From assembly GCF_023055435.1 (NCBI RefSeq), contig NW_025964334.1, positions 57,846,001 to 57,910,000 of the forward strand: 64,000 nucleotides of DNA, in the 5' to 3' direction. The position numbers were made by a program, and so were the translations under genes. The stretch is from Haliotis rufescens. Taxonomy: Eukaryota. Of the stretch, positions 1 through 13,820 are shown piece after piece. Under the pieces are notes generated by a model. The model was not told the DNA's origin, did no database searches, and saw nothing but the letters and a program-made list of their open reading frames with translations. The number at the start of each line of letters is the position of its first letter. The stretch's first letter is position 1.

Positions 1-1133
1 GTAAATTTTGTTCAATTTCATTTCCTACTTCAAGTGATAGAATGTCACCCTACCCTGACTGAATGTGAAGTCACAAAGCACACAAGATTCATTTCAATCA
101 AAGTTGTAGATCGATCTCAAATGTCGCTCATTATCATTGGAAGCAAACTGAGTTGAACTTTCACTTCAACCGAGCTCCTCACTCCATCGACAGTCGGACA
201 ATCATAAACATCCTTATTTTCTAAAATCAACATTGTTCTATTTTTATCCTGTCAATTTTGCTACCACAACCAACCAACTTCACAGGTAAATGATTCTGTT
301 GTGTGACTTGCATGACTCTTGATAAGGTTAGATGTCTAGGTGATTAAGATTGTTTGTTATGACAATAAGCATGATTATGCTCATTAAATTTGAATGGATG
401 GAGCTCACCAAGGACCTTGACCTTCCCGAATCTCTCGTACAAGTGTTGGGGGTATACATGCTGTACATAAAAGTAATACCAATGTCACAGTAGTATTTTC
501 ATAGGATCAAGGTTAGGTCAAATGATTGGGGACTTGTCACCTGCACAGTGCGATTTCCGTAACACCGAGTCGGATGTGTGCAACCATACTATTCAATATT
601 TGCCGGGGACGACACCTTAGATGACTATTTGTCCCTTAGCAAATGTTAAATAGTATACTTAGTCATCATAGAGATAGAATATGGGCTAGTTTGAGGCAAT
701 AGAGCCCTAACAGCAACGATACAAAATCAAAATGTTCTTTTCCAAATGGATCTTGTTGATCTGGGTGTATACCAGATGCCTTCTGGGGCGACGTTGTGTG
801 CACTGATGCATATCACGTTTTGATGGTGAGTATATGATCAGGTCCCCTTACACCTGTACAACAGACAGTGGGTGGGCTGGTCCATCAGTATTGACTATAG
901 GTAAACAACATTTTATTTGCTTTGAATATCCTGTAACGTGTACACTGCTTGGACAATGTTCTGTCTCAAACTTTTTGTCATGAATAAACTGGAAACAATT
1001 TACAGTGAACAAAACAGTTGTTGTTTTTCAATGTGTGATATTCCTGTGATGAGAAGTGGGCAATACCCTATATTGAAGAAAAGATGCCAGTCTTCATGGT
1101 ATGGTGACACAATAACACATCGTAGGTTCTCTG

Positions 1134-1456
1134 GACCGCCTCCGTGGTCTTGTGGTAGAGCGGAAGGTCCGGGGTTCGATCCCCGGCCGCGTCATACCAA
1201 AAGACGTTAAAAGATGGTACTTGTTGTTACCCTGTCTGATGCTCGGCATTAAGGGGCTTTAACAAGGACTGGTCGGCTCGGAATCAGTATACTGTGTCTG
1301 AGTGGGATATTCATGTTAAACTGTGGCATGGTATCTCAGTGAGCTAGCACTATAAATCGGCATCAGTCCGGACTAGTACAAGCAGCCACACAAACACACA
1401 CACGTACATGCACGTGCAATAATCTTGGACGCAACGTTAAACCCAATTTCACCTCA
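1134..1456 (+). mobile_element. SINE family A (tRNA head, Meta/RUDI-like central domain, CACCT tail)
   Basis: A box, B box GGTTCGATCCC, central CCAAAAGACGTTAAAAGATGGTAC; TSD catcgta(a)ggttctctg. Confidence 0.9.
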
Positions 1457-2009
1457 TCGTAAGGTTCTCTGAACTGTCTCACACACAAATGTAGAATGTT
1501 GTCCCCTTCTCAGCTAATGGAAAGATTGATTCTGCTGGAATGGTCCACTTTAAAGAATTGCCATGTTTGTAATTGAGTAATATTATGTGATTTAAAAATA
1601 AATATATATATTTGTAATTTGCAAACATATTACAGTAGATTGATATACCAATGATACATGTTTATGGCTCACAGCCTACCAACATTGACCATAATGACAG
1701 CAATCTCAAGGTGTGTCAATCACAGATGTCCCATGTGTTTGTTATTTAATCCAGTCAGGGGTGTTTGCAAGTACTTGCGAACACAGCCCTGTCATTGCCA
1801 TTTCATCCACACACTGAAAGTCTTGGTGTACCGCCATGTACTAAGTCCCAAAACATAGTTTCTGACCTTGACATTAAGACAACTTCTTGATAACCAACAC
1901 TTGCCCAAGTCTCAAGATTGAACTAGTGAAAGTAACTGGCAATAAATGATACACCCATGTTTCACAATAACCTCAAGATGACAAAGCACCAATGTCATGA
2001 TACAGGCAA

Positions 2010-2868
2010 AAACAAGAGTTTGCCACTACCATGGCTATATCCCCCACCCCTGTTGCAGAATTTATGACATTATTAAATCTAAACAAACCCTAACCTTTTT
2101 TAACCGAGGTGGAACTTGTCATGGAAATTGTAAAAAAAAGATGAGTTTGAAACCTAAGTCCACCTTGTTGCCATGGAAAAGTAAAAAAATAAATATTTCT
2201 AAAATTTCTCAATAGCAAAAGGCACCAGTTCAGCATGTACCTGACAGACCTGCAAAGTTTGATGAAAAAATATTGAATTGTTTATGAGTTATGCTCCGGG
2301 AACGAACCCTACCCTCACAGAACCTAAGTCCATCTTGTTGCCATGGAAACGTAAAAAACAAAAATTTCTAAAATTTCTCAATAGCAAAAGGCACCAGTTC
2401 AGCATGTACCTGACAGACCTGCAAAGTTTGATGAAAAAATATTGAACGGTTTATGAGTTATGCTCCGGAAATGAACCCTACCCTCACAGAACCTAAGTCC
2501 ATCTTGTTGCCATGGAAACGTAAAAAACAAAAATTTCTAAAATTTCTCAATAGCAAAAGGCACCAGTTCAGCATGTACCTGACAGACCTGCAAAGTTTGA
2601 TGAAAAAATATTGAACGGTTTATGAGTTATGCTCCGGAAACGAACCCTACCCTCACCGAACCGAAGTCCACCTTATTGCCATGCGTAAAAAAATAAAAAA
2701 TTCTAAAATTTCTCAATAGCAAAAGGCACCAGTTCAGCATGTACCTGACAGACCTGCAAAGTATGATGAAAAAATATTGAACGGTTTATGAGTTATGCTC
2801 CGGAACGTGACGGACGGACGGAGCCCGTTTCTATATCCCCCGCCAACTTCGTTGGGCAGGGGATAATA
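2010..2868. mobile_element. Helentron-associated (HINE / pearl-like) element with about 4 x 169-170 bp core repeats
   Basis: AACAAGAG start, repeated TATATCCCCC subterminal motif, tandem core 2150-2806, (GGAC)n microsatellite, terminal hairpin TATCCCC...GGGGATA, A/T-run flanks. Confidence 0.8.
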
Positions 2869-3968
2869 AAGTTTCAAAGAGAGGTCCTCAGGTCCTCTAA
2901 TATCAGCAATCTTTACACCATATTATGACAAAATATGATGAAACTACTGTAGGAAATGTGACCTTGACCTTTGCCAAAATGCAATTGACCTTTGAAGTAG
3001 GATTTCCAAAGAAAAACCAAACAAATCTTAAGCCTGTAGACCTCTAACTGACAATAACATAACCCTGTCTCACAATATTGCATTAATACTTTTTTAGAAA
3101 TTGTAAACGGATGTACTAGAATACATTATTGTCTCTCTCATATTGGTTATCATGCACAGGGGTCAGTCTCTACAATACCCTATGTGCCCTGCAGTCAAAT
3201 CATGCTGTATCATGTAGCTAAAATATCCACAAACGATCACAAGAACAAGATAACATGGTTGAAGTTAAAACATCATTTTATTTACCACACTATTTTTTTA
3301 TCGCTTTGTACAAAAAGAAGAGAAATGTTGTGTATGGACAAACCAGGTGGAAGGTGTTCAAACAAATATCAAGTGGAAAATACCTCCTGAGGGGGGTGGT
3401 CAGGAAAAATCGAAACAATCAAACAGTTTTCATCAAAGCTAATGCTCACATTTTTAGTCGTCGCTTAAGGGGATATTTTTCACAAATCTTTTTCCACATT
3501 TCTCAGTGCTTCATTGTGTGCTGTAACCGAACATTCTGAAACTTGCAGATAAAATACTGTCTCAAATATTCTCACAATCTAAAACACTAAATTACAAAAA
3601 TGACAAGATGTTGTCAACAGGATCCAGTTGCCGGACAATCAACTTAACTGAAATTAGCGCATATGGTAGTTGTCAGACAGCAATGAGAGAAATGTACATA
3701 TCCACAATGTTCTTATAGTCCATATCACAGCGCCCACAGCTGCTGCAAGAATGTGAGTCACCACCAAGCATGACTCCAACTTGGAAACCTAGGATCACTT
3801 CCCTGTGACGGAAGTCACACAATCTCTACATAAATAGGATTATTCTATAAACGAAACTGTTTCCAATATCAAAATATTGGTCCGGATAGATTTCAAAATC
3901 AATGTTACAACACAAGTAACTCCATCTACGTAAGCATGGCAAAATATCCTTGAACACCGTAAAGTGGA

Positions 3969-3974
3969 TTTATT
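3969..3974 (-). terminator. Candidate SKP1 polyadenylation signal AATAAA
   Basis: tttatt on + about 250 nt past the stop; other sites are possible. Confidence 0.4.
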
Positions 3975-4222
3975 GAAAAGTTGTATGTAATTACTCCTTG
4001 CAGGTTTCAAAAAGAAACTGTTCCAATTTGTTTTCGCCATAGCTGATCCTTCCAGAAGTTAACAATTAAGAGCTGGTTACATCCTGCATGACATGATGGC
4101 ATCAGGGTGATAATGGTGATGATGTTGGTTCCCCCAACAGTGGATGTTGTTATTGATGACGGACAGCTGGCAACCATAAATACCTGTACTGCCAGCCGGG
4201 AGGTGTTTGCCACGCCCACGGC

Positions 4223-4258
4223 TCATTTCTCTTCACACCACTCATTCTCCTTGCGAAC
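4223..4258 (-). CDS. SKP1: SKP1 last coding exon (VRKENEWCEEK*)
   Basis: tttcag|GTTCGCAAG...AAATGA; canonical SKP1 C-terminus; total CDS 162 aa. Confidence 0.96.
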   Translation of the reverse strand, partial: VRKENEWCEEK

Positions 4259-4349
4259 CTGAAATATACACACAAAAATTAGAACTGATATCTAAAAGGT
4301 CTTGGGCCTTTCAACAAAACAATCTTGGCACTGTGGTGATCGTAACTTC

Positions 4350-4505
4350 CATCTGTAGAAACTAACATTTTCAGTCCACTAGTCCTTATAATGATAACAT
4401 AATATTATAGCAAAACCCAAATGGACCCCAAAAAAGTCCTTATGATACCTTAACTATTTGGCAGTTTAGCATGGACTACAGGACTAGTGCCAGTTTCTAA
4501 CAGAC
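4350..4505. mobile_element. MITE of about 155 bp with CAGCGGTAGAAA-type ends (copies at 9791-9941 and 38461-38618)
   Basis: Three homologous copies; TIR clearest at 38461/38618. Confidence 0.65.
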
Positions 4506-4899
4506 TACCATACTTAAAATAGACTTACGACAGCCGTAGTGCTACGATTGCAATGTGGAACTCAAACTTCATTTCATACTAGCTCATATGAGCATAAGCA
4601 GAGGCAACCATTTGCAATAAATTGCAACAGTGATTACACATGGGTGAACAGTAATCATGAAAACAAATATAATGTTCCACTTTCCCATACACACAAGGAT
4701 GTGTCCAACAATTGTGTCTATTGGCCTGAAAGTGCCTCGTGGCACCATTCACTGTATCCTAGAGGGTATATACATATCACAATACAGATACCTGTATCGC
4801 AATATATTGCAACACTAAGTTTTTTTGCAAATACACAGCTATTGATCAATAAGCTGTTTTCCATACTTACCTGAGAAGTTCTTACATGTCCTTACTGAT

Positions 4900-5153
4900 T
4901 GTCTGTTTTTTGTTTAACGCCGCACTCAGCAATATTCCAGCTACATGATGGCGGTCTGTAAATAATCAAGCCTGGACCAGACAATCCAGTGATTGATATC
5001 ATGGGCATCCATCCATTCAATTGGAATATCATGACATGCATCAAGCAAGTCAGCGAACCTGACCACCTGATCCCATTAGTTGCCTCTTACGACAAGCATA
5101 GTCACCTATTAAAAATGGGTTGCTGAAGACCTATTCTACCTCGAATGTTCACG
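4900..5153 (-). mobile_element. Retroposon family B (no Pol III boxes, structured head, AAAC tail)
   Basis: Homology to 13821-14088; flanked by a cttactgat repeat. Confidence 0.85.
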
Positions 5154-5290
5154 TCTCTTACTGATCATTTGTATTAACATTTTTATGAACATGCTTGTAA
5201 CACATTGTTGTGGTATTCACATTCACTTCATCGGTGTTAGATAGGTGGTCGTGGTTTACACGGATAAGTGCGTAGTCACTGACTAGATCA

Positions 5291-5527
<237 letters not shown>

Positions 5528-5816
5528 TTATGTACCAGTGAACATATTCCATCAGGGAAATGCAGTCAAACTCTTAACCTAATGCACGCAAAAAAGCTAT
5601 GTTCAAGATTTGCAAAATGCTCAGAAATAACGCTTCTGTATTTTTTCCTGCTTGGGAAATTTCCCTGAAAATGTGTATGTAGTCTGTCAGTGTTTTCAAG
5701 AATACAGTCTTATCAAAAACATATGAACATCAAAATGTGTCATTCAAATACCTAAGCGACTAGACGCTTGTCCAATGCAAAAGCAGTATATCGTTTAAAC
5801 TTAACATTAAAAAATT

Positions 5817-5887
5817 CTTGTTCAATGTCTAACACTGTGGAAGATGATGAACTTGTTCAATGCCTAACACTGTGGGAGATGATGAAC
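5817..5887. repeat. 35-bp tandem duplication next to the SKP1 exon 2 donor
   Basis: cttgttcaatg(t/c)ctaacactgtgg(a/g)agatgatgaa x2. Confidence 0.85.
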
Positions 5888-5891
5888 GTAC

Positions 5892-6106
5892 CAGGATAAG
5901 TTCAAAGAGGGTTCCCTGATCGACTTTCAGGAACTCTGCATCCCAGGAGCAGATATCATCCGTTCTCTTCTCCTTGTTCTCGTCGTCTTCTGGTGGTGGG
6001 GGGTCATCCTTGTGGTAGGTGCACCACTGTACCACCTTCTTCAAGATGGCTGCATTCACATTAGGAAGAGGGACTGGCTCTTCCTCATCCTCGTCCATTC
6101 CCAGAT
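5892..6106 (-). CDS. SKP1: SKP1 coding exon 2 ([35 protein letters not shown]...QGTLFELIL)
   Basis: Within ORF 5829..6116; acceptor tttcag|AT, donor CTG|gtacgt; 215 nt, restores phase 0. Confidence 0.97.
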
Positions 6107-7009
6107 CTGAAAACAACGAAGTTCACTTTGAAAATATAATGAAACCATGGTAACCCATCAACTGTAATTTATCACTCAGCTTGTCTTAATGAGACATAAC
6201 CTGATAGATTTCCACATGTTCAATGGTCCTGGGATATTTCTGGATGTAAATTACTTGTCCAATTAGTTGTCTATTAAACATAATTGTACATCTTCCGTCT
6301 GTGCCTTCATCACTAATCCCCAAAGGCCATGTCTAGCACAATTCTTATCGTCTAGTAAGATCAGCTTGTACAGGTCAATATACCAATATAGTCTGAAAAT
6401 AATGCCAAAAGAGAAGTTTGGATTAGAAGACTCAAAAGTGCTTGGCACAGATTGCATCTTGATCTGAAAACAGCAGTCTCCAAACCAAAGAATACCAGAA
6501 TGTCTGTATCAATTTACTAAAACAGTGTTCCAGAAAAATTGCCATACAGAGCACTGCTGACTGCTGAGTCAGCTTACAATTCATTAGACATTATCTTGGC
6601 CACATTTATGTCTATCCATTGAATGTGTGCCTTGCTGTATTGTATATTTAGCTGTAAACTCATGTAACTGCTTAATCACATAAATTGATTTGGAGTTTCA
6701 AACATATATTTGTCATTGTTAGTGAATGTGGGGATTAACATCGCTTTGAACAGCATTTCAGTTATATCATGGCACATCCGATCGATTTCGGAGGAAAGCC
6801 TGAAGTGATGCAGGTTTTAGATGTTTACCACTTTGGTGAAACCACAAGCATGAGAATGGTGCTGACAAACTATAACATAATCAGAGCAAACCAGCATTTG
6901 AACCGACAGTGATTATTATTACGCCAAAAGTGTAATGGTTGGCATCTCTGTTCATTGTAGCAGTAAGTTATCTTACACGTTTAAACTTTGTTCAGAATTT
7001 GCTCATTTT

Positions 7010-7285
7010 GTCAATTTGACAACATCTCCCAGCATGGTAGTCTAATAATACATAGAAGCTATTCAAGATTGTTACAGTCAATTTGACAACATCTCCCTGC
7101 ATGGTAGTCTAATAATACATAGAAGCTATTCAAGATTGTTACAGTCAATTTGACAACATCTCCCTGCATGGTAGTCTAATAATACATAGAAGCTATTCAA
7201 GATTGTTACAGTCAATTTGACAACATCTCCCAGCATGGTAGTCTAATAATACATAGAAGCTATTCAAGACTGTTACAGTCGATTT
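7010..7285. repeat. 67-bp tandem repeat x4
   Basis: Period measured at 7011, 7078, 7145 and 7212. Confidence 0.95.
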
Positions 7286-7620
7286 GATTGGTTGATGATG
7301 GTTACTCAGGAAACACTCCAGTGCAGTGGTGACTTAGCATTACACCACTGTCACGGGCTAATTTGCATATCATGTGACCAGACTTTTCTCTTGTTTGTAA
7401 ACAAACAAGGTTATTCTGAAAACAGAATAGACGACCTGATGTAAGCCTTTCAGACGGTGGGCTACCTTCTAAAGTTCTGGGTTACCAGAATAAACTTCTT
7501 GATAGCCCAATGGGCTATAACTATAAGCATGATAAGTGATTTGTTTCAATGTCATACACTGGACAAAGTACAATTTACATGATAAAGCATCACACAGACT
7601 CATCTAACAGGCTCAGGTTA

Positions 7621-7809
<189 letters not shown>

Positions 7810-8298
7810 TTATAATTATTAACTACTTATTTATCATCATGATCAAAATTCAACAAAACACCGTCAGCTCATACTCACAACAGACAAAAACACAAAACCA
7901 GGGACAACAGCAAGTTAGCGTCAGTCAAGGAAACCTAGCATTGATCATCCATGGTGTACATGGTGTATTAAAAAAAAAGACTATCAATATCATATATCCA
8001 TTTGTACATTATTGTAGAAAAAGCTCAACAAGTTGACTACCATAGCTTTTTTTTGTAGGCCAACCAAAAAAACAAGTCACTAAAAATAGCCTTCCAATCA
8101 TAAAAAAATCCTTGATGTGAAGATGAAGGTTGTCATTGTCACAGCAGAGCTAATGATGGGTCACCCATGGGTCGTGTATCCCTAACGTAAGGAGAGGCCA
8201 TAGTGCTGATCTGTTTCTTGTTTTTCAGAGGTCAGTGACCAAAGGGCAGAGTGGGGTTTGCATCATGCTGCATGGTATGGACAAACGAAAATATTCTA

Positions 8299-8558
8299 AG
8301 GTGAGATGAAATGGTATTTAACTGTGCATTCTAGGTTATTGCACTTATATAGTTACACATATGTGCTTGACCACTGACAACATGGCTCCACTCAGGCTCA
8401 GTTTACGGACTCTGAGCCAACCAGTCCTTGCCTTATCCCCTTAATACCAGGCAGGGTAACAACAAGTACCATCTTTTGGTATGCTCCAGCCAGGGTTCGA
8501 ACCATCAACCTTGTGCTCTCCAGGCAGGCTCTCTATCCACTAGACCACAGAGATAGTC
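8299..8558 (-). mobile_element. SINE family A, degraded
   Basis: Homology to other copies; TSD gaaaatattctaagg. Confidence 0.8.
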
Positions 8559-8923
8559 GAAAATATTCTAAGGAGGTAATGTTATCAGTGTGTTTTCAAA
8601 CAGTATTACTCAATTTACTCAACAATGCTCAAGTATATTAAACATGTTAAACAGAAATGTGTTTTGGTTGCGTGTCTTGACATTCTCCTTGATAATGGAA
8701 TATTTACAGAATAACCAACAGTTTCAGGTTGGACATTCTCTATATTTAATTTTTTTTTGTTATTTTAAGAAAGAAATTTAAGTAAAATGTAAGACATGTC
8801 ATTGTCAAGTTCTGTCAACCCTACAGATAATCACTGAAGTACACCTATCAGTCAAACGACTTTTTGGTATCAATTTGTGAGGTCATGAACAATGGAAGAC
8901 ATCATACCACTTCATCTGCAGAA

Positions 8924-9432
8924 CAATCTCATTAAAATCAGATCTTAGTTCTCGCTACCGCTAAACAAAGATCTGAGGACATTGCATTAGGGTTCTCGTC
9001 AGAACGACCTTTCATCCGACCAATCAGAGCGTCGCTTACCAGATCATGAAAGTGACAGTCGGAATGTGATTTCTAATCATGCAGCCCCGAAAACCTTAAA
9101 ACGGGGTATTCCGAACGACAGTTACGGGCTTAATGACTGAATCTATACAATCTAGACCATATATTAGCCATTCAAGAATGTTCTTTTGTTCAGGTTTCAA
9201 ATTTATAAAATATAAGCGAGAATTTGTCAAAATATGTTTCGAAGCGTAGTCGCCAATTTGAAATTAGTGCCATAAAGCACAATAAAGCTGCCTTATGATT
9301 GGCTAATATCAACTTCTTGTCAGTAATTCCATTGGTCGGTCACAAAAGTGGGTCTGACGTGACCCGTAATGGGATATCCTCAGATCTTTGTTTAGCAGCA
9401 GCGAGAACTAAGATCTGATTTGAGTGAGATTG
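8924..9432. mobile_element. MULE-like MITE with long TIRs (CAATCTC...GAGATTG)
   Basis: TIR of about 55 bp; exact 9-bp TSD TCTGCAGAA. Confidence 0.88.
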
Positions 9433-10282
9433 TCTGCAGAATAAGCTTTGAGACTCGCCAAAATGATGGAAATTTATCCCACTCGACTATCCAGACCTAC
9501 AGTTAGTCACATGAAATAATGTTTAATGACAAAAACAATAAAACTCCATGGTTATACTTTAAGTTGTTAATGTTCGCATTTCTTTCAGACCATGTCGCAT
9601 TCCTTCTGATTTTTACATGATTGAGTAATGACAAAGCTTCAGTCAACTTCAGTGTATGCATGATCAGATCACTTTATATATGTTTTGCCAGAACCCCAGT
9701 TTAACAATTCCCAACAGGATATTTTGTACCCAACTTGAGGCCAACAACGGGTAGGGTCGGGTACCAGTAGTAACTTTGGACTCTTAATTGCAGCGTAAGA
9801 AACTGGCATTAGTCTTATAGTCCTTACCAAACTGCCAAGTAGCTAAGGTATCATAATGGGTAAAATTTGCCATTTTTAAGTGTTTTGCTATATGTTGTCA
9901 TTATAAGGACTAGTGGACTAAATATGTTAGTGTCTATCGCTGTGATTGCATTTGACTTCTCTGATAGCCATGATAATTTATATTTGACAATGAACCCTAA
10001 GGCATATCACCTCCCATCAAAATTTACAATATACATTTATGTAAGATTCTATAAGAAATATCATCTAATAATAGTGTATGACACTTTCTGAGACACATAG
10101 GGCAATTGATTCGACTCTTTACCAGGTGGAATAGGCCCATCAGATCATTAAAATGTCAAGCTGTACTATTTTCCAGACGCCAAAAGTTCATATTAAGATT
10201 CTAGTTTCTACATACACAATGTGGCCATCATCATACGACGAAAACTTGGGTTATTGGACCATTTGTGAAAATCCAAACATGA

Positions 10283-10500
10283 CGCCATGTTTGTTGGCAA
10301 GGAGGTTCAGACGACACAATAAATGTCTACAACAGAGGTATATGTCACTCAAATACTTCTATTCTTCGACAGCTGACACTAGTGTATTTGCAAGTATATA
10401 CTACCTTGATGTCGTTAACCTGCAACTCGAGATTCCCAAGTAAATATGATCTGTACGGATAGAAGTTGTCCACTGGTGAAATTCACGCACAACACTATAG
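10283..10500 (-). promoter_or_regulatory. Candidate SKP1 non-coding first exon and promoter-proximal region
   Basis: SKP1 needs an upstream exon because an AG directly precedes the ATG. A donor ...CATCAAG|gtagt (GT at 10404-10403) would give a CAAG-ATG context. A YY1-type motif CGCCATGTTT lies at 10283-10292 and CpG content is locally raised. Confidence 0.45.
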
Positions 10501-11467
10501 CGACCCCTGGATCAGGAACGATAACTCTAAATCTTTCAAGTCATGACAGGTTTTGTCATTTCTTCCACGCTGAGTCGTTTCTATGTATAATTCCAAAGTC
10601 TGTTAATAGAAAAAGGAAATGTTTAGTTAAATGCTAACAACAATAAAAAAATATATTTTTAAATAATTAAAAATAACGACCACACAATCATCTAATATGT
10701 ACAAGAACTTCATAAATATGATAAATATCTGTACCCATTTAATCAAAAGTGAATTATTTTGGTATTCATTAACACAGAATTAACATCTTATTGGAAGTTT
10801 CATTGATTTTCTTACTTTGGTTTCTGTGTGATAGTAAAGCTTGTAAGAGCTATTGGCCATTTAAAGGTGTATGGTATCTGAAAATCGATTATGCAATACG
10901 TGCCCATATATGGAGAACCGACTAAGCGTCTACCTTGCGACTAAGCGTGTTCGATCAACGAATAGAAGTATGACGTGTTTGTGTGTCATACCTAACGATA
11001 GTATACAGCGTCTTACGAGGAGAAATACCACGAGGACGTAATTAACCAAAATTAGCTTGTGTCTTCCATTGTTAGTACGTTCTGCCATATCATTAACGTA
11101 ACAATCAAAGACCAAAAGATTTTGTATATTCTTTGCAATCTCCACGTTCTTACTGTGAATCTCTGTCATGCATGACGATGTTCACGAGAGACATTGAGTT
11201 CTGTTTATATACAGTACGTATCTCTTTTGTAAACATGTACACAAATAAGCTGCCGGACAAAATAAAGTATACATTTGAAAATTGATTTAAAAATATGACA
11301 AACGTCAAAAGCCTGGAAACACTCGCCGAAACACTACAAACTTAATATCCAAACACAACTACGATATCCGTTTAAAAAACAAAATAAACCATCACTATCG
11401 AATAATCATTTCTTGTTTGTTTTATTTTAGCCACCATTAAACATATGTGTATACTTTATATTGCGCA

Positions 11468-11752
11468 GACCGCCTCCGTGGTCTAGTGGTAGAGCGTCCG
11501 CCCGGAGAGCGGAAGGCCCGGGGTTCGATCCCTGGCCGCGTCATACCAAAAGACGTTAGTAGATTGTACTTGTCTGCCCTCGGCATAAGGGGTTAAAACA
11601 AGGACTGGTCGGTTCGGAGTCAGTATACTGTGTCTGAGTGGGGGAGTCAGGACTAGTACAAGCAGCCACACACACACACGTGCATGCACGTCGCTATATA
11701 AGTGCAATAATCTTGAACGCGACGTTAAACCCCATTTCACCTCACCCCACCT
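11468..11752 (+). mobile_element. SINE family A with internal deletion
   Basis: Head TGGTCTAGTGG / GGTTCGATCCC and the family tail. Confidence 0.88.
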
Positions 11753-12507
11753 GTATTTCACGCAGCAGTTTATATACAGAATGAGTGAAGTCTATATACA
11801 TGAACAGATATCCATGTATAGTGTGCGAGAGGCCAAATACCCTCTGCTATTTATATGTGTTCGCTCGGCTGTATCAGTGAGAATGTGCAATATTTGGGAT
11901 GTGTATTTTGTACAGCGTGGAGGACAGTTGGGGCAGCAGTGCCCTGTTCTGAAATAATAGAGTACAGTCAATCTTCAGGTTGGGGAATTTGGGGGAAATG
12001 ATGGACAGTGTGTCTGTGCGTGCGTGCGTGTTCTGCATCTATTTCTGTGTGCGTGCGTAAGTGCGTGCGTGATCGTCATACTTTAAAAGCATTATGTCAA
12101 TGCACATGCCTTAAGCCGGATGAGCAGGAAGACCGTTTGCGCTATAATAATCCTTTAAAGATGACTCTCGACAAAAATAAAAATATTATTGGCTCCAATA
12201 CTTTCTTCATAACTATTTCAGCGTGGGGATCTTATATATAAATAGCTGTGTGTCTGTGCATGAGAGTACACGTGTACCGTTCTGTATTTCTCAAATCAAT
12301 CTTCTGAACACAGTGTCACTCGTTTGTTGCTACTATATATTTACCCTGGGGCTTGAAAACGTTTTAAAAATATATTGAATTAATACAAGGATATTTTATT
12401 TTCATTGTTTATTCACTTCAATTAATATAGATTACAGTGGTAACTATATTTATCTATGTAGATATGCTTGCCGTGAAACAGAAAATACTTTATAGTTACG
12501 GACAGGT

Positions 12508-13107
12508 GAGACCCGTGAAGATCTGGGAAACAATTGGTCTTCAGCAACCCATGCTTGCCGTAAGAGGCAATGTTCCAGCTATATGACGGCGGTCTGTATA
12601 TAATCGAGCCTGGACCAGACAACCCAGTGACTGATGTCACGAGCATCGATCCACGCTTTTGGGATTCGATGACATGCATCAACCAGGTCAGCGAGCCTGA
12701 CCACCCGATTCCGTTAGTCGCCTTTTACGACAAGCACAGTCGCTGTTTATGGCAAGCAGTGGTTGCTGAAGACCTATTCTACCTCGGATCTTCACGGGTC
12801 CAGTGCCCGATTTGGACCCAGGACGACATGGCGCTTCACCTTCCTGCATGAGTGGAACTGCGAAGATCCGGGTTGAGAATAGGTCTTCAGCAACCCATGC
12901 TTGCCGTAAGAGGCGTCTAACAGGATCGGCTTGTTCAGGTTCGCTGACTTGGTTGATGCATGTCATCGTTTCCCCAATTGCGATGATCGATGCTCATGAC
13001 GTCAATCATTGGATTACCTTGTCCATGGTCCAGACTCGATTATTTACAGACCGTCGCCATACAGCTTGGATATTGCTGAGTGCGGCGTTAAACAACAAAC
13101 CAACAAC
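12508..13107. mobile_element. Family B cluster: + head fragment (12508-12569), - copy (12570-12800), + copy (12861-13107)
   Basis: Direct comparison with other family B copies. Confidence 0.85.
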
Positions 13108-13291
13108 ATATGGGGGACATGCCCATCTGCCTATAGAACAAGGGCGCCTTTAATGCAACTAGAATTGTCAATTTCGAAGTTATATTTTAGAGCTATAGCA
13201 TTACAATTAGGGATGGGTGGAAGGGAAATGTGGTTCAGGGACTGAGACTATATACATGACTATATACCTAATTCCCCATCAGTTCATATAC

Positions 13292-13453
13292 GGGGGCGGT
13301 CGGGTAGCCTAGTGGTTAAAAGGTTCGCTCGTCACGCCGAAGACCCGGGTTCGATACCCGACATGGTCACAATGTGTGAATCCCATTTCTGGTGTCCCCC
13401 GTGATGTTGCTGGAATATTGCTAAAAGCGGCGTAAATCAAACTCACTCACTCA
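13292..13453 (+). mobile_element. SINE family C (about 160 bp, tRNA head, ACTC tail)
   Basis: A box TAGCCTAGTGG, B box GGTTCGATACC, tail gctggaatattgctaaaagcggcgtaa. Confidence 0.9.
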
Positions 13454-13820
13454 TGTACGGGGCTATTGATTCTACTTCCGGATTCCACATATTCTCATTA
13501 TTTCTCCATTACATAACCACTAGAGCTGCTTACATCAGTGATTGAGGGGAGAACGAAACTCTCTCCCTCACACTCAACACAATGTATAGATCTGACGGCT
13601 TGACCAGTGGTTCCACTGTCCAGTCTCCACGCCCAATACATATACGTCTACATGCGTCAAGTCGGTATAATTAAAGGGGCCTTGTGGGTTATTGGGGTAA
13701 TCGGGTATTGATACATGCATGGCTTCACATTGGGTCAGGAAACGGTTAAAGTTTGTGTTAACTACTCATAGACTTGCTGAAAATGCAATATAACTTGAGC
13801 CCTCCCCTTAATCTTCAGAG

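Noticed and set aside
13292-13365. tRNA genes at A/B-box motifs
   Set aside because: They continue into SINE bodies with tails and TSDs, and form no proper cloverleaf.
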